Source: an uncultured Eubacteriales bacterium
GTDB lineage: Bacteria > Bacillota > Clostridia > Oscillospirales > CAG-272
Length of the DNA: 53,317 nt
Direction: 5' to 3'
Assembly: GCA_949451655.1 (NCBI GenBank)
Contig: CASTST010000003.1
Location: 1-53,317, forward strand
Made by a program: the position numbers and the translations under genes. This document shows, piece after piece, positions 16,236-25,522 of the stretch. Every line of letters starts with the position of its first letter. Positions within the stretch are counted from its first letter, which is position 1. The notes under the pieces were generated by a model that searched no databases, was not told the origin of the DNA, and worked only from the letters and a program-made list of their open reading frames with translations.

Positions 16236-17426
16236 ATGAAAATATTAGCAATATGCGGTGTATATACAGATCAGTATGAAAAGGATATTTTGCAGAATAC
16301 CAAAGGGTATGCCGATCAATCAGCAAACATTTTTCAAAAAAAACTGATTAACGGGATACAGCAAAACGGCTATAATTATAAGGTAATCTCTGCACCCTTG
16401 ATTGGAGCGTACCCTTTTCGTTATCGGAAAATGTTTTTCAAAGGATTTCCAAAGTCCGATGCAAATGATCAATATGTCCGCTTTAATAATATCTGGGGGA
16501 TCCGAAATATATCCCGCGCAAAATCCTTGAAAAAAGCAATTGGCACGTACTTAAAAAAAGAACAGGAAGATACATTTCTGATTCTGGTGTATTGCGCACA
16601 TACGCCTTTTCTTGAGGCTGCCGAATATGCAAAAAAATTAAAGCCCAAAAGTAAAATCTGCTTTGTCGTTCCCGATCTGCCCCAATATATGAACTTAAAT
16701 GAAGGGCATCGTTTTTTCTATGATATTTTCAAAAAATATGACATTCAAAAAATGCAGAAATATATTGCGGGCGTGGACGCTTTTGTGCTTCTCACAGAAG
16801 CAATGAAGGATGCGCTGTATGTAGGAACCCGCCCATATATGGTAGTAGAAGGGATTGTTGATGAAATTCCTGAAATGCATGAGGAGAAGCCCGCGTCAGA
16901 CGGAATCAAACGAATTGTATATGCAGGGAAAATGAACATAAAGTTCGGGATCAAGGAACTTGTAGACGCTTTCATGAAAATAGAGGATGAAAATTACCGG
17001 CTGATTTTATGCGGCGATGGAGATGCACGAAGCTATGTTGAGGAAAAAATGAAAGCAGATCATCGCATTGACTATAAAGGACAAGTTACCGCAGCAAAAG
17101 CGAAGGAATATATTCAGTCGGCAGATGTGTTGGTAAATCCGCGACCGAACAACGAAGAATATACGAAATATTCATTTCCGTCCAAAACGATTGAATATCT
17201 CTTGAGCGGAAAACCGGTTGTAGCTTATATGCTGGATGGAATGCCAGATATTTACCGCGATTTTATATATAATATTGAAGATTACAGCAGTTTTTCCCAG
17301 GCAATCATTGAAGCAGAACAGCATTATCGTTTTATGCAGGAAAACAGTTTTTTCCAATATGCGCAGGAACATTTGATGAGCAAAAATGTTGTGCATGCAA
17401 TCCAGTGCATGTTTGAAAAATGCTGA
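16236..17426 (+). CDS. GT-B fold glycosyltransferase (GT4-like)
   Basis: C-terminal domain RIVYAGKM..GIKELVDAF ... LILCGDGD ... FPSKTIEYLLSGKPVV (E-x7-E region). Confidence 0.75.
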   Translation: MKILAICGVYTDQYEKDILQNTKGYADQSANIFQKKLINGIQQNGYNYKVISAPLIGAYPFRYRKMFFKGFPKSDANDQYVRFNNIWGIRNISRAKSLKKAIGTYLKKEQEDTFLILVYCAHTPFLEAAEYAKKLKPKSKICFVVPDLPQYMNLNEGHRFFYDIFKKYDIQKMQKYIAGVDAFVLLTEAMKDALYVGTRPYMVVEGIVDEIPEMHEEKPASDGIKRIVYAGKMNIKFGIKELVDAFMKIEDENYRLILCGDGDARSYVEEKMKADHRIDYKGQVTAAKAKEYIQSADVLVNPRPNNEEYTKYSFPSKTIEYLLSGKPVVAYMLDGMPDIYRDFIYNIEDYSSFSQAIIEAEQHYRFMQENSFFQYAQEHLMSKNVVHAIQCMFEKC

Positions 17427-17490
17427 TATTCCCTTCTGTCGCCCTGTTCCATTGCGCGACAGGAATTTTAAATAATAAAAGGAAAGTGAT

Positions 17491-18552
17491 ATGACAGTAT
17501 ACTACATCATAAATTTGTCGATTCTTTTCATAGGATTCCTTTATGCCGGCAGAATAAAAAGTCTAAACAGATTCCTTATTGTGTGTCTTTTTGGTCTTTT
17601 ATTCTTCTTTATGGCGTTCAGAGGAAATTTCACAGCAGATTATGATAATTATTACACCTACTTTTTGCGTGTTGCAGATCATTATTCCATAATAGATATC
17701 CTGAGTTTTAAACACAGGTTTGTTATGGAACATGGATTCGTGTTATTGGGTAAAATCATCAGCTATATATCCACCTCCGAAATATTTTATCACTCCGTAA
17801 TTTCTGCAATACTTTTGTTATTGTATTTCAAAGGCTTTAAAGAATCCAAAAACATTTGGCTGGCAATCTTTATATTTGTCAATCTGGGAGATTATTTCGG
17901 CGCAATGAATCTGTTCCGGCAGGCGCTGAGTGCCGCAGTTATATTCGCAGGGTACAAGCTCCTGATTGATAAAAAATACATTAAGTTTATTCTTGTTGTT
18001 TGTATTGCAGCTACCATTCACACAACCGCGCTGATTTTGATTCCGCTCCTGTTGGTTTGGAAAACACCTATAAAAAGAAATAAAATCATTGCTTTTTCCT
18101 GTGTCACTGTAGCCGCATGGATTGTACTGCCGTATTTCATCCAATTGGTAATGTACCTGTTTCCTGCATATCGGAATTACAGCTACGGCATGGGCGGCGG
18201 AAGTATATACGCATGTTTTGCAATGATTGCAATTTTATTATTTGTCTTATACAGCGTTAAGTTTGAAATCCAGGACTTTGATTACAATTCCACCGAAAAC
18301 ATCATTCTGTTCAACAGTTTGCTGCTGGCATTGATGTTTTTGATCCTTGGCGTGCGGGTATATATGTGTACAAGAATTGTGTATTTCTTCAGACCGTTTG
18401 TATGTGTGCTTGTTGCCAATATATTGTCACAATATAAAAATGCAAAGCATCGGGCAATCTTCACCGTAGCAATCTGCATACTTGCGACTGTATATACAAT
18501 TGCCACATTGTCCGATACAGGCTATAACCCATATTATTTTATCTGGGATTGA
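17491..18552 (+). CDS. EpsG-family polysaccharide polymerase (Wzy-like integral membrane protein)
   Basis: 353 aa with about 10 TM segments. The N-terminal region FRGNFTADYDNYYTYF is typical of the EpsG family. Its position in a Wzx/Wzy-type locus supports the call. Confidence 0.7.
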   Translation: MTVYYIINLSILFIGFLYAGRIKSLNRFLIVCLFGLLFFFMAFRGNFTADYDNYYTYFLRVADHYSIIDILSFKHRFVMEHGFVLLGKIISYISTSEIFYHSVISAILLLLYFKGFKESKNIWLAIFIFVNLGDYFGAMNLFRQALSAAVIFAGYKLLIDKKYIKFILVVCIAATIHTTALILIPLLLVWKTPIKRNKIIAFSCVTVAAWIVLPYFIQLVMYLFPAYRNYSYGMGGGSIYACFAMIAILLFVLYSVKFEIQDFDYNSTENIILFNSLLLALMFLILGVRVYMCTRIVYFFRPFVCVLVANILSQYKNAKHRAIFTVAICILATVYTIATLSDTGYNPYYFIWD

Positions 18553-18566
18553 GAGGCGCCAACCAT

Positions 18567-19775
18567 ATGTATATAGTGGAAATCAACGCAGTTCCATATG
18601 GGTCTACCGGAAAGATTATGTTTGGCATTGCTGACGTTGCGCAAAAATCCGGGAACGTATGCAAATGTGTGCATGGATTTTCATGGCATAAAAACAAATC
18701 GCAGGGCAGCTATATTGTAAGCGGTTTTATATCGAAATCACTGCACATGCTTGCAGCGCGAATATCCGGCTGGAACGGGAGCTTTTCCGTTATCTCCACA
18801 TACCGTTTTATACGTAAACTGAAAAAGCTTTCCCCCGACATCATTCATTTACACAACATACATGGATGGTATCTCAATATTCCGATGCTGTTTCGGTTTA
18901 TCAAAAAAAGCAATATTCCAGTTGTATGGACATTGCATGACTGCTGGGCATTTACCGGGCATTGTCCCCATTTCGTTATGAAACAATGCAACCAATGGAA
19001 AACCCAATGCGATCATTGTTCCCTATACAAAGAATATCCACAAAGCCTTTTTGACAATGCAAAGAAAATGTTTCAATACAAAAAGAAGCACTTTACCGGT
19101 GTAAAGAATTTGACGATAGTCACCCCCTCCCGATGGCTTGCAGATTTGGTAAATCAGTCGTTTTTAAAAGAATACCCGGTTAAAATCATCCATAATGGAA
19201 TTGATCTCAACACTTTTCAGCCAACGGAAGGAAGCTTCCGCGAAAGATATGCAATCGCTCCGGACAAGCATATCGTGCTGGGCGTTGCCCTTGACTGGGG
19301 AAAACGGAAAGGGTTGGATGTATTTGCTGCGCTTTCCAAAAGGCTTGACGCGCGTTACCAAATCGTGCTCGTAGGTACAGACGAAAAAATCGACGAACAA
19401 CTGCCGGAAAATATTCTTACCATACATCGAACGCATAGTGGGAAGGAATTGGCAGAAATATATACTGCTGCGGATGTGTTTGTAAATCCTACCAGAGAAG
19501 ATAATTTCCCCACTGTGAATATTGAATCCATCGCATGCGGCACACCGGTTATTACCTTTCGCACAGGCGGAAGTCCGGAAATGCTTGACGAAACCTGCGG
19601 AAGCGTTGTGGATTGCGACAACATTGACGCGATGGAACAGGAAATCATCCGTGTTTGTAAGGATAAGCCCTATACAAACACGGATTGCCTACGCCGAGCG
19701 GCGGATTTTGATCAAAACAATAAGTTTCGCGAATACATCGAGCTATATGAAAATATAGGAGCAAGTCATGACTGA
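18567..19775 (+). CDS. GT-B fold glycosyltransferase (GT4-like)
   Basis: GVALDWGKRKGLD ... IVLVGTDE ... VFVNPTREDNFPTVNIESIACGTPVITFRTGGSPE. An ATG with a GAGAGG RBS is preferred over the TTG at 18549. Confidence 0.8.
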   Translation: MYIVEINAVPYGSTGKIMFGIADVAQKSGNVCKCVHGFSWHKNKSQGSYIVSGFISKSLHMLAARISGWNGSFSVISTYRFIRKLKKLSPDIIHLHNIHGWYLNIPMLFRFIKKSNIPVVWTLHDCWAFTGHCPHFVMKQCNQWKTQCDHCSLYKEYPQSLFDNAKKMFQYKKKHFTGVKNLTIVTPSRWLADLVNQSFLKEYPVKIIHNGIDLNTFQPTEGSFRERYAIAPDKHIVLGVALDWGKRKGLDVFAALSKRLDARYQIVLVGTDEKIDEQLPENILTIHRTHSGKELAEIYTAADVFVNPTREDNFPTVNIESIACGTPVITFRTGGSPEMLDETCGSVVDCDNIDAMEQEIIRVCKDKPYTNTDCLRRAADFDQNNKFREYIELYENIGASHD

Positions 19776-20586
19776 CCTTCAAAAAGTAGAGTTTGATATA
19801 CTGCAATGTTTCATCCAAATCTGCGACACGCTGCATCTTCCGTATTTCCTTGTATGCGGATCCGCTCTGGGGGCGGTAAAATACGGCGGTTTTATCCCGT
19901 GGGATGATGATGTGGATGTGGCGTTGTCCAGAGACGCATACGAAATATTTCTAAAGAAAGCCCCGGCGCTCCTTCCAAGTCACTTGTTTTTGCAAAATTA
20001 TCAGTCAGACCCCCATTTCACACACTGCTTCAGCAAGCTTAGAAATTCCAATACTACGTACATAGAAAAGTCCGTTGCCCATGCACCGATTCATCATGGT
20101 GTTTGTATTGATATTTTCCCCATTGACGGGTACCCCGCAGGCAGGGTGCCGTCTATCGTATTGGAAATAAGAAAAAAAGTATTTTTGTCCATGATGTCGG
20201 CGAACTATCGTGTTCCCCATTCCTGGAAAGGAACCATATTTGCTGCCCTTGGAAAAATGCTTGGATATTGTAAAAATCCCGATGCAAAGCTCAGAAAATA
20301 TACGAAAGTGATCTCAAAATATCCGGTTCAAACATCTGAAATATGGTGCAATCACGGAAATTGGCAGGGCAAGCTGGAATATGCCCCCCGCTGGCACTAC
20401 GGAAACGGCACATGGGCAGAATTTGAAGGGCTGAAGGTCCGTGTCCCGGAAAACTATGACGCATATCTTACCCAGAAGTATGGTGACTGGCGCGTTGATC
20501 TTCCGAAGGAACAGCAAGTCGGACATCACTATTATGAAGTATGCGATCTTACACGTCCGTACACCGATTATACACAGCATCCCTGA
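19768..20586 (+). CDS. licD: LicD-family phosphotransferase (phosphocholine or polyol-phosphate transfer to glycans)
   Basis: LVCGSALGAVKYGGFIPWDDDVDVAL plus IDIFPIDG, which is the characteristic LicD nucleotidyltransferase-fold signature. Confidence 0.8.
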   Translation: MTDLQKVEFDILQCFIQICDTLHLPYFLVCGSALGAVKYGGFIPWDDDVDVALSRDAYEIFLKKAPALLPSHLFLQNYQSDPHFTHCFSKLRNSNTTYIEKSVAHAPIHHGVCIDIFPIDGYPAGRVPSIVLEIRKKVFLSMMSANYRVPHSWKGTIFAALGKMLGYCKNPDAKLRKYTKVISKYPVQTSEIWCNHGNWQGKLEYAPRWHYGNGTWAEFEGLKVRVPENYDAYLTQKYGDWRVDLPKEQQVGHHYYEVCDLTRPYTDYTQHP

Positions 20587-20646
20587 TAAAGTGAAAACAA
20601 TCCGCACAGGCGGTTTATATAGATAAAAAAAGTAAAGGAGAAGCAA

Positions 20647-23600
20647 ATGAAGAACCAAAAGCTAATGAAAGTTTTAGCAGCGAGTTTAGCTGTCCTTATG
20701 CTGGTTGGTTTTCTTCCGATTTTTGCATTCAGTGCATCGGTGGATTACGTAACCGGAAACGACGACTATTACAAAGTGATCTCAAAAAATGACTGGGATC
20801 TTGCTCCAGGCATTGTTGAATCTGAAATTGTTCTGAACAATGATATCTCCACACGCCGTCAGGTGGCGCATGTGGTGGAAGTAGATATCAACAACCCATA
20901 CACAAAGGTCATCCCCAGCAGCAAGGGCATGACACCGACTCCCGGCAACTATGGAGTACAGATCATGTCCCAGCAGGCAAAGTATGCAGAGGAACACGGC
21001 TACGGCAATGTTGTAGCCGCAATGAATCTGAGCCTCAGCTGGTATAATAGCTCATATTATGTAGAACATCCTGAGCTTGTAGGCGAACCGCTCGGATATA
21101 TGGTTCTGGATGGCAAAATGTATGTCAACAGCCAGGGTCAGACAAGCGGAGCACAGACCTGTGTAGTCATCAACTTTGATGAAAAGGACGGCGAGGCAAG
21201 ACCCTCCGACATGCCCAAGGTAGAAATCCGTTCCACTGCAACTGCCATCACCGGCTGGGAAGAACAGGTAATTCCTGCAAACTTCGGATTCCTTGTCAAA
21301 GACGGAAAAAATCTCTACAGCGAGGACCACGACTCCGACAGCGCATCCCGTTCCTTTGTGGGAATCAAAGAGGATGGAACCTTCGTAATGGTTATGAACG
21401 ATGGACGCCAGTCTCCGTATTCCGCAGGCTTTAACAGCTATGAGATGGCGGAATTCATGCTTTCTCTTGGCTGCGTAACAGCGGTTAACGGCGACGGCGG
21501 CGGATCCTCAACATTCCTGTCCCAGCGTCCCGGTGAGGATCTGAAAATCAACTGTTCTCCTTCAGACGGGTCAGAGCGTCCTACAACGCATGGTATTCTG
21601 GTAATTTCCACAGCCCCTGCAACAGGAGAGTTTGTACGTGCCAGCATTTCTGCTGAAAACGAATATTTTACTCCCGGCAGCACAGTGAAATTCAACGCTG
21701 TAGGTACTGACCTTGTAGGTACTGCTGCTGAAATTCCGGCTGATGTTACATGGCAGCTTGCTGATCCCTCAATGGGAACAATAAGCGACGGAATATTCAT
21801 TTCTAACGGGAAGACAGGAACAGCAACTGCACAAATGGTATGGAATGGAGAGATAGTTGGTGAAGCGTCTGTTCAAATTGTAATTCCCGAAGCTATATCA
21901 TTTGCCCAGGATGTGATTACAGTTCCTTTCGGTAAGGAAATTACTATCAATCTCAAAGCTACTATTAACGGTGGACTGAATGATGTTGTTTTGAAGGAAA
22001 GCGATATAGAGCTTACTCTTGATAACAGCGCATTGGGTACACTTGACGGCTTTAAGTTTACAGCTGTAAACGAAGAAGCAGCACCCGAAAGCTTAAGCGG
22101 CATACTGAATGCAGCTTTGCTTCATGGCGAAGGATTGAAAGCAACGGCTAAACTTAGCCTTGGAAAAGGTTCCAAAATTCTTTATGACTTTGAGGACGGG
22201 GATGCCTCACAGTGGGCTTATTATCCGAACTCCAAATATAACTATATTGAATATGAAGGTTCCACCTCCCTTGCAACAAGAGAAGACGGACAGGTTCACA
22301 GCGGCAATTATGCGTTGCGTTTGAATACTGATTTTTCTGTTACAACTGAAAGCGGTTATCTTTGCGGTTATGTTGGCTTGACAGGAAATGAAAGAATCGA
22401 TTTGAAAGACGCCACTCGAATCGGAATGTGGATATATTTCCCGCATGAAGCAGCTGGACTCAGATGTCATCTACGTGTGGAACCTGTTACAGAAAGAGAT
22501 GCTGACGGAAATATAGTAAAAACTGGCGGCAAGTATAATTCACAATCCATTTTGGACGGAGACAAAGACTGCGGAACTCCCGGTTTTGTTACTTCATTCC
22601 CAGAATCCGGTTGGCATTATGTTTCATTTGATTTGACACAGCTTGGTGATTTGGGCGGATGCATTCCTGCTAATGCAACAATACTTCAATATTATCTTTG
22701 TGACCGCGATGGTGCAAAGTATAATTACAGTCACTTTGACTATAAGTCCTTGATTCAGAACCTTACAATGTACATTGACGATGTAACAATTGACTATTCG
22801 TCTGTTGTTGATGATCGTGAAGCACCCATATTCAGCAGTGTACTTCTCAGCGATAATGGAAGCAATTCGGACGAGCCTATGTCTCTTAATAACGGTTATG
22901 TTTCCAATATGAGTGAGCTTTCCCTCGCTGCACGGGTTGCAGAAAATACAACAAATGCGAACGCTACAGGTATTGACGCTTCTACTGCAAAAGCATATGT
23001 AGATGGAACTGAAGTTGCATGCAAATATACAAATGGTCTAATGACCATTGACACTAAAGATTTTTCAAACGGATCTCATACCATTAAGTTCACAATATGT
23101 GACAGACAAGGGAACTATGCTTCTGCCATTCGCACATTTACAGTCAGTGCAGAAAATAATGACAGATCTACTGTAAAGCTTGTTCCTCATGATGCAGCAC
23201 TTGATAAAATTCTGTTTGGATCTCTTTACTATGTTGATCTGGTGGCAACAGACATAGAGACTGTGCAATCTGTTTCGGTAGACCTCGATCTTAACGATAT
23301 CAGCATTTGGCAGCTTGATCATATGGAGGCGGCTGAGGGCTTTGAAGCATCCTATAGTATCATTGATTCTGACGACAATATTGCAAGAGTAACAATTACA
23401 CGCACAGGAGAAAGTGACGCTACCGGTGAATATTCGGTAGTTTCAATGCCTATCCGCACATGGGAGCTTCCTGCAGTTGAATCTGATTACAATCCTGCCG
23501 GCGTAGTGAGAATGTATGATCAGTATAAAAAGACGAACGAAATATGGCCTGTAGATATTAGTGTAACCGTTAAAGCTGGTACAGTTTTCTTTAACGATGG

Positions 23601-25395
23601 TACAAATAACACTTTTGCCGGCGACAATGTACAAGTTGATACAGAATCCTATGTATGGCACGATCAAAATCCCAAGCCCGATGGATACGCTGTGTGGAAT
23701 GGCGGTCATGATCATAGAGCAGAAACAAAGCAGTACTATGGTGAAGAAACGACTAACCATACAGATGCAGTAGCACTCCCTGATGCTGCAGCTACCTGCA
23801 CAAAGGACGGATACACAGGAAGAACCTACTGTAACGAATGCAAGTCCGTTGTTGACTGGGGCACAACCGTTCCGGCAACCGGACATAGCTTCGTAACTGA
23901 AGGCAATATCAAAATATGTACTGCATGTAATAAATCATACAGTGCTGACGGTCTCACCGGCTGGCAGGTGCTTGCAGGCGAGAACTATTACTTTGGAAGC
24001 TACAGCGAAGTAGTAGACGGTCAATATACTGTAGACGGTCATACCTACACCTTTGCAAACAGCAAGCTTATTGACGGCGCATGGGAAAATGACGGCGTTG
24101 GTCTCACATGCTGGTGGGCAGGAGAACAGCTCTTCAACCGTTGGTTCAAGATTGGAGACAATACCTATCACTTTACCGGTATTTACGCAGATACTGGATT
24201 CAGCCGTATTGCGATCAATACAAATGTTGGATCAAGATATCATATGTTTGATGAACACGGTGTGTTCTGTGATGACTTTAACGGTATTTATATCTTTAAT
24301 AACAATACTTATTACTTGAAAGACGGTATTGCCAATGTCCATGGTCTCGTAGAATACGACGGCGATTACTACTACATCAACAGCAGTTATGTCGCAATCA
24401 AAAATACCGGATATCGTCTTACCGATTCTATGACAAACGGCTTGCTCCCTGCCGGAACATACTATTTCGACGCAGACTGCAAGATGATTCAAATGAAAAA
24501 CGGAATCGTCACAGAGGATAATGGAGATATTCGTTACTACGTGAATGATGTACCCCAATACGCCGGACTTGTTCAGGATAACGCCGGAAATTACTACTAT
24601 ATCAACAGCACCCTGAAGGCTGTAAAGAATACCGCTTACACAATCAGCGCTGCGAAAACAAACGGGCTCCTTCCTGCCGGAACATATAAATTCGGTGCGG
24701 ACGGCAAGATGATTCAGGCGAAAAACGGAATTGTCAAAGACGATAACGGAGACGTTCGTTACTATGTAAATGATGTACCCCAATATGCCGGACTTGTTCA
24801 GGACAGCGACGGAAGCTACTACTATATCAACAGCTCCCTGAAAGCTGTAAGAAATACCGCTTACACTATTGGTACTGCGAAAACAAACGGGCTCCTTCCT
24901 GCCGGAACGTACAATTTCGGTGCGGATGGTAAGATGATCCAGGCGAAAAACGGTCTTGTCAAAGACGATAACGGGGATATCCGCTATTACGTAGATAATA
25001 AGCCCCAATATGCCGGACTTGTTCAGGACGATGCCGGAAATTACTACTACATCAACAGCACCTTGAAGGCTATAAAGAATACTGCCTACACAATCGGCGC
25101 TGCGAAAACAAACGGACTCCTTCCTGCCGGAACATATAATTTTGGTGCGGACGGCAAGATGATCCGGGTGAAAAACGGTCTTGTCAAAGATGATAACGGG
25201 GATATCCGCTATTACATAGATAATAAGCCCCAATATATCGGACTTGTTCAGGACGATGACGGAAACTACTACTATATTAACAGCACCTTGAAGGCTGTAC
25301 GTGGTTCCTCCTATACCATTGGCGCTGCAAAAACAAACGGCCTCCTCCCCGCCGGAACATACCATTTCGGTGCGGACGGAAAAATGATTCCATAA
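20647..25395 (+). CDS. 1582-aa secreted multidomain protein: phosphodiester glycosidase (DUF2233/NAGPA-like) domain, Ig-like and CBM-like domains, Cys-rich segment, C-terminal 75-aa wall-binding-type repeats
   Basis: Signal peptide MKNQKLMKVLAASLAVLMLVGFLPIFAFSA. Segment VGIKEDGTFVMVMNDGRQSPYSAGFNSYEMAEFMLSLGCVTAVNGDGGGSSTF resembles the phosphodiester glycosidase family. CxxC pairs occur around CNECKS..CTACNKS. The C-terminus has about 4.6 repeats. RBS AAAGGAG. Confidence 0.75.
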   Translation: MKNQKLMKVLAASLAVLMLVGFLPIFAFSASVDYVTGNDDYYKVISKNDWDLAPGIVESEIVLNNDISTRRQVAHVVEVDINNPYTKVIPSSKGMTPTPGNYGVQIMSQQAKYAEEHGYGNVVAAMNLSLSWYNSSYYVEHPELVGEPLGYMVLDGKMYVNSQGQTSGAQTCVVINFDEKDGEARPSDMPKVEIRSTATAITGWEEQVIPANFGFLVKDGKNLYSEDHDSDSASRSFVGIKEDGTFVMVMNDGRQSPYSAGFNSYEMAEFMLSLGCVTAVNGDGGGSSTFLSQRPGEDLKINCSPSDGSERPTTHGILVISTAPATGEFVRASISAENEYFTPGSTVKFNAVGTDLVGTAAEIPADVTWQLADPSMGTISDGIFISNGKTGTATAQMVWNGEIVGEASVQIVIPEAISFAQDVITVPFGKEITINLKATINGGLNDVVLKESDIELTLDNSALGTLDGFKFTAVNEEAAPESLSGILNAALLHGEGLKATAKLSLGKGSKILYDFEDGDASQWAYYPNSKYNYIEYEGSTSLATREDGQVHSGNYALRLNTDFSVTTESGYLCGYVGLTGNERIDLKDATRIGMWIYFPHEAAGLRCHLRVEPVTERDADGNIVKTGGKYNSQSILDGDKDCGTPGFVTSFPESGWHYVSFDLTQLGDLGGCIPANATILQYYLCDRDGAKYNYSHFDYKSLIQNLTMYIDDVTIDYSSVVDDREAPIFSSVLLSDNGSNSDEPMSLNNGYVSNMSELSLAARVAENTTNANATGIDASTAKAYVDGTEVACKYTNGLMTIDTKDFSNGSHTIKFTICDRQGNYASAIRTFTVSAENNDRSTVKLVPHDAALDKILFGSLYYVDLVATDIETVQSVSVDLDLNDISIWQLDHMEAAEGFEASYSIIDSDDNIARVTITRTGESDATGEYSVVSMPIRTWELPAVESDYNPAGVVRMYDQYKKTNEIWPVDISVTVKAGTVFFNDGTNNTFAGDNVQVDTESYVWHDQNPKPDGYAVWNGGHDHRAETKQYYGEETTNHTDAVALPDAAATCTKDGYTGRTYCNECKSVVDWGTTVPATGHSFVTEGNIKICTACNKSYSADGLTGWQVLAGENYYFGSYSEVVDGQYTVDGHTYTFANSKLIDGAWENDGVGLTCWWAGEQLFNRWFKIGDNTYHFTGIYADTGFSRIAINTNVGSRYHMFDEHGVFCDDFNGIYIFNNNTYYLKDGIANVHGLVEYDGDYYYINSSYVAIKNTGYRLTDSMTNGLLPAGTYYFDADCKMIQMKNGIVTEDNGDIRYYVNDVPQYAGLVQDNAGNYYYINSTLKAVKNTAYTISAAKTNGLLPAGTYKFGADGKMIQAKNGIVKDDNGDVRYYVNDVPQYAGLVQDSDGSYYYINSSLKAVRNTAYTIGTAKTNGLLPAGTYNFGADGKMIQAKNGLVKDDNGDIRYYVDNKPQYAGLVQDDAGNYYYINSTLKAIKNTAYTIGAAKTNGLLPAGTYNFGADGKMIRVKNGLVKDDNGDIRYYIDNKPQYIGLVQDDDGNYYYINSTLKAVRGSSYTIGAAKTNGLLPAGTYHFGADGKMIP
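24367..25392 (+). repeat. In-frame tandem repeat, period 225 bp (75 aa), about 4.6 copies
   Basis: TAC TAC TA(C/T) ATC AAC AGC recurs at 24367, 24592 and 24817, and by the 225-bp period the two further YYYINS units fall at about 25042 and 25267. The protein unit is YYYINS.LKA.KNTAYTI.AAKTNGLLPAGTY.FGADGKMIQAKNG.VKDDNGD.RYYV...PQYAGLVQD..G. Confidence 0.9.
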
Positions 25396-25406
25396 AATCA
25401 TAAAAT

Positions 25407-25462
25407 GCCCGGTCATCTGACCGGGCAGCCGCACAAATCAGAACCTCCACGCGGTGTGCGGC
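25407..25462 (+). terminator. Two GC-rich hairpins after the large secreted-protein gene (weak or partial terminator, no T-run)
   Basis: GCCCGGTC-ATCT-GACCGGGC (25407-25426), then CCGCACA ... TGTGCGG ending about 25462. Neither is followed by a U-tract. Confidence 0.3.
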
Positions 25463-25522
25463 GGGCAACGGAAAGATCCGGCAAACTCTGATAACCATAA
25501 TTTATTATGGGAGATATAAACT

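Noticed and set aside
16336-16343. A8 homopolymer in the GT4 gene (and other A7-A8 runs in the AT-rich glycosyltransferase genes) as slipped-strand phase-variation tracts
   Set aside because: Runs of this length are expected by chance in AT-rich coding sequence and are below the length usually associated with high-frequency slippage. There is no evidence of frameshifted variants in this single sequence.
24232-25434. 400-aa ORF on the minus strand
   Set aside because: It lies entirely antisense to the 225-bp tandem repeat region of the 1582-aa gene. Its protein is a low-complexity repeat with no start context. It is a shadow ORF created by the repeat periodicity.
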